Assembly: GCA_963707985.1 (NCBI GenBank)
Contig: CAVPRW010000025.1
Location: forward strand, 32,001 to 96,000
DNA from: an uncultured Nitrospinota bacterium
GTDB taxonomy: Bacteria; Tectomicrobia; Entotheonellia; J063; CAVPRW01
Reading direction: 5' to 3'
DNA: 64,000 nucleotides
Made by a program: the position numbers and the translations under genes. Positions 1 to 7,924 of this stretch are shown here, piece by piece. The notes under the pieces are model-generated. The model was not told the origin of the DNA and did no database searches. It saw only the letters and a program-made list of their open reading frames with translations. The first letter of the stretch is position 1, and the number at the start of each line of letters is the position of its first letter.

Positions 1-1224
1 GAGGTCGCGTCCGAAGCCAGCGGTGACCGTGAGCTGGGTTTTCAAGCCGTTGGGGAACCCGGCTTCCGCCAGCAGGCGCCGGGCCTCCTTGGGATCGTAT
101 TGATAGTATTTTGCCCCCTCGCCTAACTGTTCGATGGGGAGCGACCACCCGATCAGACCGCGGGTCACCGCCGGGGTCGGTTCGCCCTTGGCCCACACGG
201 CATCGATGAGCGCCTGGCGATCGATGGCATGGGAGATGGCGCGTCGCACGCGCACATCGGCGAAGGGAGACATATCGGTCCGCATCGAGATCGCCTGGCT
301 CACCGTGGAGAGGAAATCCTGATACAGCAAGAGGGGATGGGTCTTCTTCAGCGCTTCTACGTCTTGCTGGCGCACGCTCCACCAGTGCCAGGGGCCACAG
401 TCGATTTGGCCGGTACGATACATGGCCAGCCCAGTCGAGTCGTCCTCGAGCACCAACCACTCCACCCCGTCGACGAACGGTTGGCCTTGCCGGAAGTAGT
501 CCGGGTTGCGCCTGAAGACCGTTTTGACGTTCGGCTCGTAACGCTCCAAGACGAAAGGGCCGGTGCCGATGGCGGTCTCGGGCTTCTTCAGGTCGCCGAA
601 TTGCTGTACCACCTCCGGGGCGATGATCCAAGTGCTCCAGGGGTACGCCAGCGCATTGACCAGCCAGACGTAGGGCTCCTTCAGCAAAAACTTCACCGTA
701 TAGCGGTCCACCACCTCGACCCGGTCGACAAGGTCCAGGATATAACGGTTCGCATTCCCCGGCTCAGTCAGGAAGCGGTCATAGGTCAATTTGACATCCT
801 CGGCCACCAGCTCGCGGCCGTTGACGGGTGGCTTGTTGTGCCATTTAATCCCCTGGCGGAGGTAGAACACATACGTTGTATCGTTCAGCTCCTCCCAGCG
901 CTCTGCTAGATCGGGTTCGACGATGAAGGTGCCCGGTCGTACCCCAGGCCCGACCTGATGTCGCACCAGCCTACTGTAGACAAAGCTCAAGGTGGTATGC
1001 GTCTTAAAGCTGATGGTGAGATGGGGGTCGAAGTGCACTGGGTCATAGCCACGCACGCGCAGGATGCCGCCGTGCTTGGGTGTTCCCGCTTCCCCAGCCC
1101 AGGGCGGGGACGGGCCATAGCGGGGCCAGGCGCACAGCGTGGCGCCGGCGGCCAGGCCAGCGTTCAGCAGCTCGCGACGGCTTAGACCATGGGCATGTGG
1201 GAGATGACCGTTCTGCTGCAGCAT
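1..1224 (-). CDS. ABC transporter substrate-binding protein, family 5 (peptide/nickel type), Tat-exported; runs off the window start
   Basis: Not in the ORF track because no stop lies in the window. ATG at 1224 follows RBS AGAAGGAGG. Translation MLQQNGHLPHAHGLSRRELLNAGLAAG has a twin-arginine signal, followed by PKHGGILRVRG..DP..FDP, AIGTGPF and the RVRRAISHAIDR motif. Confidence 0.85.
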   Translation of the reverse strand, partial: MLQQNGHLPHAHGLSRRELLNAGLAAGATLCAWPRYGPSPPWAGEAGTPKHGGILRVRGYDPVHFDPHLTISFKTHTTLSFVYSRLVRHQVGPGVRPGTFIVEPDLAERWEELNDTTYVFYLRQGIKWHNKPPVNGRELVAEDVKLTYDRFLTEPGNANRYILDLVDRVEVVDRYTVKFLLKEPYVWLVNALAYPWSTWIIAPEVVQQFGDLKKPETAIGTGPFVLERYEPNVKTVFRRNPDYFRQGQPFVDGVEWLVLEDDSTGLAMYRTGQIDCGPWHWWSVRQQDVEALKKTHPLLLYQDFLSTVSQAISMRTDMSPFADVRVRRAISHAIDRQALIDAVWAKGEPTPAVTRGLIGWSLPIEQLGEGAKYYQYDPKEARRLLAEAGFPNGLKTQLTVTAGFGRDL

Positions 1225-1322
1225 GAGCAGCCCTCCTTCTGGAAGACACCAACGAAAACTGAGAACTGAGTCGCGAAATACTTTCCCTCAGTCCTCGCCT
1301 CTATGGCTTACCCAGGCATATC

Positions 1323-1379
1323 GCCTTCCAGGAGCAACGGCGCACACAGGGAGGCCAAGGCGTCCAGTTTGCTGGACAC
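1323..1379. repeat. Left copy of 57-bp inverted repeat (partner at 2127-2183)
   Basis: The reverse complement of 1323-1379 matches 2127-2183 with 4 mismatches. Confidence 0.9.
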
Positions 1380-1380
1380 T

Positions 1381-2098
1381 TCACTCACGTGTTCGGCCCC
1401 CGTGTCTGCCTAAAGGACTCGGCATCATCCCCGCGATACGGTGGCACCCTGAACGCGTGGCGTCAGGCGTCGCGCGGTGCTTTCGCCGTGCGGCCTGGGG
1501 GCTTCTCATCCGACTCGGCCAGGCGCCTCCGACGCCGCCTACGGGGAGCGATGGGTTCTGCTGGCCTCTCCGTGTCAGTGGCAGGTCCATGACGGGCCAA
1601 CGTGTCCAAATCCGCCGCCATCCGGGCGAGCACCCGGTATACCCGCGTCTAATCAAAGTGGCACATTCCGTCGCATCCTCGGTGTCAGGGCGGAGGTTGA
1701 CGACCACCATCTCGCCACCCTCCAGCTGCGCCAGCTAATCGAGGCACCATCGCAACACTTCCACCTCATCGGCAACCCTGGCTTGCATCACCGCAGGGGA
1801 TGCCGCGTGAGCTCTGGCGGCTTCCCCTGCGGATGGGTGGTCAACACCCACGCAGGTGTGTCAGCCATGCGGGCATCTCGCGAGCTTCAGCAGCCTGGAG
1901 GAGTTGATGGAGACGGCTGCGACTCAGGCCCGTCGCGGCGGCCATCTGTCTGATGGAGAGACCGGCGTCACGTGCTGCGACGATGGCCCAGATCCGCTCG
2001 TGTTCGGCCTCGTGCAACCGCATCGTTGCCAAGCATAGGCGCTTGTTGATCTGCTGGTCGCGTCGGGAGTGCTGTCGGCGTTCGTCTCGGGTATCCAT
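1381..2098 (-). pseudogene. Degenerate HTH DNA-binding protein of a recombinase-associated element
   Basis: 1841-2098 encodes ..ARDAGLSIRQMAAATGLSRSRLHQLL (HTH-like). It continues through stops and frameshifts (EVEVLRWCLD*LAQLEGGEMVVVNLRPDTED). Confidence 0.6.
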
Positions 2099-2126
2099 GG
2101 GCTGAGGATACCCCTTGATGATTCAG

Positions 2127-2183
2127 GTGTCCAGCAAACTGGGCGCCTTGGCGTCCCTGTGTGCGCCGTTACTCCGGGAAGGC
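2127..2183. repeat. Right copy of 57-bp inverted repeat
   Basis: gtgtccagcaaactgggcgccttggcgtccctgtgtgcgccgttactccgggaaggc. Confidence 0.9.
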
Positions 2184-2199
2184 CTATTGCAGGGGCCGC

Positions 2200-2795
2200 G
2201 GCGGCACATCCGAGAAGAGCTGGCCGAGTCCACCACCGCCGGGTCGGAGATCCGGGTATAGATGCGGGTCGACTCCACCGAGGCGTCCCCCAGCCGTTTC
2301 TGTAAGGTGAGCTCGCACATCCCCCCTTCCCACATCCGCGTGGCATGGGTGTGCCTGAGACTGTGCGGGGTCAACCACGGCTCCTGGAGTCCCGCGCGTG
2401 TGCAGGCCCGGCGAAAGAGCTTGGCCAAGGCGGCATAGCTCAAGGGCTCGTGTCGACGCTGTCCACCCCCCCAACGAGAAAGAGAAACGGGAGCGGCCCA
2501 TCGCTGGGCCGCTCCGTCATGACATAGGTACTGACCGTTTCCAGCGTCACTGCTTCATGTGAGTCGACCACGCGTTCCACACGGCTTTTACTGCAGACCC
2601 CCCTGGGATGGTCACAACGCCCGCGCACCGTCACGCGCCGGCGACCATAAGCCACGTCCTCCAGATGTAACGAGAGCACTTCGCCGGGCCGCAAGCCGCC
2701 AACGAGCATCAAGCGCACCAAGGCCAGGTCACGCGGGCCCCGCAGGGTGTCAAGCAGGGCGCTGACTTGGGCTTCCGCCAACGGTCGGGGTAAAC
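2200..2795 (-). pseudogene. Tyrosine recombinase/integrase, 5'-truncated and frameshifted
   Basis: RDLALVRLMLVGGLRPGEVLSL (catalytic Arg) lies in ORF 2440-2832. TPHSLRHTHAT..LG.AS..STRIY (HxxR, catalytic Tyr) lies in ORF 2123-2443. The N-terminal domain is replaced by a MITE. Confidence 0.85.
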
Positions 2796-2997
2796 GTTGG
2801 GGTGGAGCGAACAAAAGTACCAAAAGTTTCATAGGGTTTCTCTGTGATCAATCATATCAATAGGTTATACGATCGGTCACCGTAGAGTGTGTCTCATGTC
2901 CATCGACATTTGCGAAGACTACCTTCTTCGTAACTCATTGTAAAATATATCAGCTGAAAGGCTGTGAAACCTTTGGTACCTTTGTTCGCTTCAACCC
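2796..2997. mobile_element. MITE-like non-coding element with ~45-bp imperfect terminal inverted repeats
   Basis: 2796-2840 gttggggtggagcgaacaaaagtaccaaaagtttcatagggtttc matches the reverse complement of 2956-2997 (+3838-3840), gttgggttgaagcgaacaaaggtaccaaaggtttcacagcctttc. The interior is AT-rich. Confidence 0.7.
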
Positions 2998-3826
2998 GAA
3001 TGGCATTCAGTTTGGCTGCAACCCTTTTGCTACAAAGGAGTTAGGACGCCTACAACCCGCGGATCTCCTCTGGCAAGATGGAGGCTCCACCCCGCTTTTT
3101 GAGAGGAGAGCCCCCATGGTACCCAGTGTCACGACTGTCCGCCAGCGCTTCAAAACCGATTGGGCTGCCCAACTGCAACCCGAGGCGATCCACACCGCCT
3201 GCGAAGCCGTAGGCTATACCGCATGGCGTGATCGCCTCCTCAATCCGGTGATCACGGTACAATTGTTTCTGTTACAGATCCTCCATGGCAGTATGGCCTG
3301 TCGCCATCATTGGTGGTGCGCGAGCTTTGGTATGACGTGACTCATCGCGGGTTTCGCTCGCGTCAGATTACTCTGGTGACCACCTTACTCGATGCTGAGT
3401 GCTACCCACGTGCTGACCTGGCCGAACTCTGTCGGAAGCGCTGGGACGCCGAAACTCATCTCGCACAACTCAAGACCACGGAGAAGATGGATGTACTGCA
3501 TTGTAAAACCGTGCTGGGGGTCCACAAGGAACTCCTCGTCCTTGCCATCCTTTATAATCTCGTGCGCCTAGTCATTCTGTAATCGGCCAGACAGCAACAG
3601 GTCGACGTGGAACGGATCAGCTTTCTGGACGCTTTGCGGTGGCTCGAGGCCCCGGACACCGGCGTGCCGTTGGAGATCTTGCTCATCAATCCCGTGCGTC
3701 CGCACCGCATCGAGCCCCGAGTCAAAAAGCGGCGGCCCAAGGCCTTCCCCTTTATGAGCAAACCACGACGTATGCTGCGCCGGGCCTTGATACAGCAAGC
3801 ATTTGGAGCCTAACTGAATGCCATTC
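2998..3826 (+). mobile_element. IS4-family element, internally deleted (transposase pseudogene 3116-3813)
   Basis: 19-bp terminal IRs gaatggcattcagtttggc / gcctaactgaatgccattc and an 11-bp target duplication cgcttcaaccc at 2987-2997 and 3827-3837. Transposase pieces: WRDRLLNPVITVQLFLLQIL, GFRSRQITLVTTLLD..LAELCRKRWDAE (YREK-like), RPHRIEPRVKKRRPK. Confidence 0.88.
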
Positions 3827-4012
3827 CGCTTCAACCCAACTACTGCAATGGTCTGAACCGTTCTCATCTTGAGCTCCTGTCAGTTTCAACGGCCTCTCGA
3901 ATGACTCTTGCCTCCTGTCGAGATCACAGATGACCACAACCTGAGTGGAAGCGGGCCAGTTCTTGCCGGCCCGCCCTATTATGCACCGCGCCTCGTCGGC
4001 ATCGTCCAACAC

Positions 4013-4222
4013 TCACACGTGCTCTGCAGAACAGCAGGAAGAGACGGCGGTCGAGTCCTTGACTGTCGCGGGCACCTCCGCCGGCCAACACGGTCTTCCC
4101 GCATCCAGCAGCCGGCCATCTTCATAGTGGTCGTGGTGTCGGACCCAAGCCATCGGAAAGTACAAGCCAGCTTCGTCGCGCCCCTTTGGGACGAGGTCTA
4201 GATAGTTGTACGTGTTCATGAC
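4013..4222 (-). pseudogene. C-terminal fragment of DUF899 (thioredoxin-like) protein
   Basis: NTYNYLDLVPKGRDE..PMAWVRHHDHY is the typical DUF899 C-terminus. The 5' part is replaced by the ISL3 remnant. Confidence 0.7.
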
Positions 4223-4782
4223 CGTGAGCCCCAGCCGCTCGCCCAGCGGCGTGCGCAACCTGCTGAGGTGGACGAGGCGATCACGCTCGCGCAGGACTGT
4301 GCCACCCGGGTGCGCCCACGGCAACCGACGCCACTCGATCCCGGGCTGAAGCGCGCGACCACCCGGACGCTGGAGGCCCTGCGGCGCTTTGTCACAGGAC
4401 GCTACGAGGACGCCGACGCCGTCAACGCCGGTGTGCCCCTCCCGTGGAGTACGGGCCCCGTGGAGGGACAGATCCATCGCCTCACAATGCTCCGGCGCCA
4501 GAGGTTCGGCCGCGCGCGCCTCGATCTCTGGAGCCGACGCTGCGTGCGCGCGCCCGCCGGTGCGCCGGAGCCGGCCCCATCAGGGACAGTGGCCGCCTCG
4601 CGGCCGGCGTCGAGATGGGCATGGCCCGCCACCACGCCTCACAGCCGCGGGGCGCGTGGCAGGTCGATGCGGCTCGGTAGCGGGAGGCGATCGCCTAATC
4701 GTGTCACGGAACCGTCGGCCTGCCGCGCGTGAACGGACTCAATACCGGGCTCTCGCATCTTCACCACAAGTGCCCAAGAGCC
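4223..4782 (+). mobile_element. ISL3-family remnant (transposase C-terminus plus right end)
   Basis: D.DAVNAGVPLPWSTGPVEGQIHRLTMLRRQRFGRARLDL is a decayed ISL3 DDE C-terminal motif. The element ends ..caagtgcccaagagcc (GGCTCT terminus) at 4782. Confidence 0.8.
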
Positions 4783-5184
4783 CACTTAAAGGTGTCAGTC
4801 AGACACACCCGCCGGCTCCAGGGCACTGAGACCAACAGCCTCATCACGAGCTATTGCAGGCCGAAGCAGCGGATGACAGGCTTCCTCGTCGAGTGGACCG
4901 CATCGTGAGAGTAGCCTTTAGCCTCTATCCGGCGCCCGGCGTGGTACGAAACGATGAGCAGACACCAATTCACTTGAAGATGAAGATGGGCGTTCCGTCG
5001 AGGAGGTCATCATCCCAGGCCAGGATCTGATCTCGCGGCATGAGATGCGCCTCCTGGACTGGGATGATCCAAATGGCCAGTTGCCGTTTGTCCAATCGGT
5101 AGGCAAAAAAGCTCTGCTTTTGTCGTCCGGGTGATGCGGATGTTGGTAACATCCAATCTGACTGGGGCCTCTCCCTTACGCCCA

Positions 5185-6426
5185 CTATAGGCTCATTAAT
5201 GCCTTGGCGCGCTTCAGAAGGCGTCGGCGGTTGTCGAGCCCGTTGAGGCCACCGTTGATGCGCGTGGTGATGCCGGTCAAATCATCGGCATCGGCGAGCT
5301 GGTTGAGATTGCGCCTGACCCAGAACCAGCCTGCCACATCGACGCACAGGTCAGGATCGGTTTCGAGCAACTCGGGATGAGCGAGGAGCTCAGCTTCTCG
5401 GCCAATGGCGCGTCCGTACTCGCGATAATTGGCGCGCCCAGTCAGCTGGATAAGGCCACGCCCTTTGAAGCGGGGGCCATCGCCAGACTGCGTATTACCC
5501 AGGTCACTGCGGCCCTCGTACGCCTCTCCGCTGGCGATTTCGGCACGGAAGCGCAACTCGCCAGATTCATGGCCGATTTGGGCGAGAAAGTGGGCTTGGC
5601 GCAGCGGCGTATCGATCTTGCGATTAGCCACTACAGTCGCAATTCTCTTGGAGAGGTCAGCCACATCCCTGTCGGCCGCCCGCAGGTACACGAAGGAGAG
5701 TAAGGCTGCATCGATGGAGGTAGGCAACAATTCACACAGGCTCGTCACGACCTCCCCACCTGCTTCCACCCGGCCGTTGGGGGCCTGCTCGCCCAACACA
5801 CTGCGCTGAAAAGCCATGATGGCCTTGAGCGTCTTCTGGCCAAAGACGCCATCGGGTTTGAGCGCGTCTTCGTCGATCTCAATCCGCCCGGCCTCAGCAC
5901 ACAGGTTGAGTAGACGCTGCACGGTTTCAACATCGTCGCGTTGGTTCGAACATTGCGGGCCGACCGCGGCCAGTATGATGCCGGCACCGTCTCTGGAAGT
6001 TAATGCGGGCGCGGCTCTTTGTGAATTGACGCCCGCGCTCGGCACCGGCGAGGACGTTGGAGTCGCAGTACTGTCGCGCCGCTCGAAGTGGGGCGTGTCC
6101 TTGAAGGACGCCCAGTTGCCGCCCCATCGGTTAGCCGGGTCGAGGCTTTCCCAGAACTCCCCGAGGGCTCGTAGCTCTTCAAGATTGTAGGTGAGGTTGA
6201 GTGTGCCGTCGGGCCCCTCCCGGAAAAAATTGAGGTCGATGGCGAGCCGCTTGAGATGCAGGCTCTTCATCGTCTTGCTGCGACCATGCTTCACGTGCAG
6301 GGCTTGCTGTTCCGGAGTGCGGTAGAGCTCGCCCCCGGAAGCGATGAATCCGAGCTCATGCGCCTTGCGGACCAACTCTGAAACGTGCAGCAGGAACACC
6401 GCTTGTTCGCGTACCAGGCTCATCAC
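5185..6426 (-). CDS. Two-catalytic-domain peptidoglycan hydrolase: M15 peptidase + PG-binding domain + GH19 lysozyme/chitinase
   Basis: M15 Zn motifs GELYRTPEQQ..SLHLKRLAID..WGGNW..DTPHFE. PG-binding DVETVQRLLN..DGVFGQKTLKAIMAFQ. GH19 AHFLAQIGHESG..FKGRGLIQLTGRANY..RINGGLNGLDNR. Confidence 0.88.
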   Translation of the reverse strand: MMSLVREQAVFLLHVSELVRKAHELGFIASGGELYRTPEQQALHVKHGRSKTMKSLHLKRLAIDLNFFREGPDGTLNLTYNLEELRALGEFWESLDPANRWGGNWASFKDTPHFERRDSTATPTSSPVPSAGVNSQRAAPALTSRDGAGIILAAVGPQCSNQRDDVETVQRLLNLCAEAGRIEIDEDALKPDGVFGQKTLKAIMAFQRSVLGEQAPNGRVEAGGEVVTSLCELLPTSIDAALLSFVYLRAADRDVADLSKRIATVVANRKIDTPLRQAHFLAQIGHESGELRFRAEIASGEAYEGRSDLGNTQSGDGPRFKGRGLIQLTGRANYREYGRAIGREAELLAHPELLETDPDLCVDVAGWFWVRRNLNQLADADDLTGITTRINGGLNGLDNRRRLLKRAKALMSL

Positions 6427-7058
6427 CGACCCTCCCCTTGGGCACCCTCTTGCTGTGCGCGCATCGCGTCATTGAGGACAGTGAGTTTCTCTTCTTTGCT
6501 CTTGCTCCCCGCGCTCGATCCAAAAAAGAATTGGATGATGGCCGACAGCGACACGCCGAGCAGGAAGCCGAGGACGGTGTCAATCACGCGCAAGGCCTGA
6601 GCATTGTTCTCTTTCGTATAGTCATAGAGAAACGCGGCCCAGAAAATGAAGATGAAGGTCAGCAGGGAGAGGCCACTGGCATAGTAGTATATGAAGCGCC
6701 TGGCGAATGCGTCGTCGCTTGCCAGCGCAGCCTGCTGCAGAGCGCGCGCGCTCACACGATCGGCCTGGTGCAGCCTCTCAACTTCGAGCACATGAGCGTC
6801 GGCCTGCTGCCGGTATTCGAGGAGTTTCGTCTGGTATTGGAACTCGAATTCCTTGAGTTTCGCCCATTGTTCTTCGGTGAGTTTGTCGTCCGCGGCATCG
6901 TTGATGTCGATGCCGGTTTTTTCCTCGATCAAGCCTGCGACTTCCTCGGTCCCCTTGTCCAAGGCACCGCGAAACACGCCGCTGAGCAGATCGAGCCCCC
7001 GCTTGGCAAGTGCTGGAGCGATGGCCGTGAGGGCTGCAGCAATGAGTGGTACTGGCAT
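6423..7058 (-). CDS. Putative holin-like membrane protein (3TM-holin type)
   Basis: ATG at 7058 follows AGAAGGGG. It has an amphipathic N-terminus, DRVSARALQ, two hydrophobic helices and IIQFFFGSSAGSKSK, and overlaps the hydrolase start. Confidence 0.65.
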   Translation of the reverse strand: MPVPLIAAALTAIAPALAKRGLDLLSGVFRGALDKGTEEVAGLIEEKTGIDINDAADDKLTEEQWAKLKEFEFQYQTKLLEYRQQADAHVLEVERLHQADRVSARALQQAALASDDAFARRFIYYYASGLSLLTFIFIFWAAFLYDYTKENNAQALRVIDTVLGFLLGVSLSAIIQFFFGSSAGSKSKEEKLTVLNDAMRAQQEGAQGEGR

Positions 7059-7542
7059 ATGCAGTTCCCCTTCTCTAAAGTGACCGTGGGTGTGGCTCAC
7101 ATCGAGTAGCCACTTTTCCTGGTATGTTGGATCAACATGTTACGGGTGTTTTCCCATAACCGGTACCTATGGGACCCTATAAGACTGAAGAGGCTCCTGG
7201 AGACTGACACAATGTTTTCCACGTCACGCGGTTTGACCTCCTGTAGAGATTGTCCCAACCGGTTTCATGCGGCTGACTGGTCGACGGGCGACCACACCTG
7301 CAGCGAGCGGTCTTGGCGATGCACTGACACTAGAGCCGCTTCCCGGCCACTCTACGCTCCCGATTGCAAGAGTGACGCCATCGTGAATACTGCATGCGCA
7401 TCTGCTCTATTGGCGCAAGGGGCGTAGATTCATGGTAGCGTTTGGCCTGAACGAGTCGTGCAGCATTACACAGATGCGGCGCCTTTATCGCTGGGCAAGG
7501 GCTAAAACGCTCGCATTAGCGGCAGGCTTCAAGGTGTGTCTA

Positions 7543-7896
7543 TCATTGACCATCACTGGTTAGATCACTACAAGGCGACGGCAATGGATCGAGGTCGCCC
7601 AGAGACTCTTGCCATTCCTGCTTCAGCATTGTGAGTTGCAGGCGAAAGCGCTCGAAGGCCTTGAAGTAGCGGTCCAGGTCATCCGGGGTCATGAGTATTC
7701 CAGCAGCGGAGAGGTGGAGCAAGTGCTGCCCCAGGTGATGGATATGTTGATGCTCGCGGCCAATGACAGCAAAGGCGGGATGCTCAGGGGGGAGCGTCGG
7801 GGTCTCCTGGTAGTACCACTCCCCAAACCGACATTGGCGATAGGGTTCCGGCTGCAGGTCACGACTGTCAGGCTGTAGCGGGTTAATCAGCCTCAT
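7543..7896 (-). pseudogene. Truncated CZB (chemoreceptor zinc-binding) domain, remnant of a CZB-GGDEF protein
   Basis: QCRFGEWYY..HQHIH are CZB ligand motifs. The ORF ends just after LDPL, where a GGDEF domain normally starts (DPLTG). Confidence 0.55.
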
Positions 7897-7924
7897 GTTT
7901 CATTAGAGGACCCTAGGCATAGAC

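Noticed and set aside
229..909. 226-aa plus-strand ORF, and similar long antisense ORFs such as 17494-18204, 57454-58254 and 58975-59907
   Set aside because: These are shadow ORFs opposite well-supported genes in GC-rich DNA.
5185..7058. Prophage
   Set aside because: No terminase, capsid, tail or intact integrase gene is present in the window.
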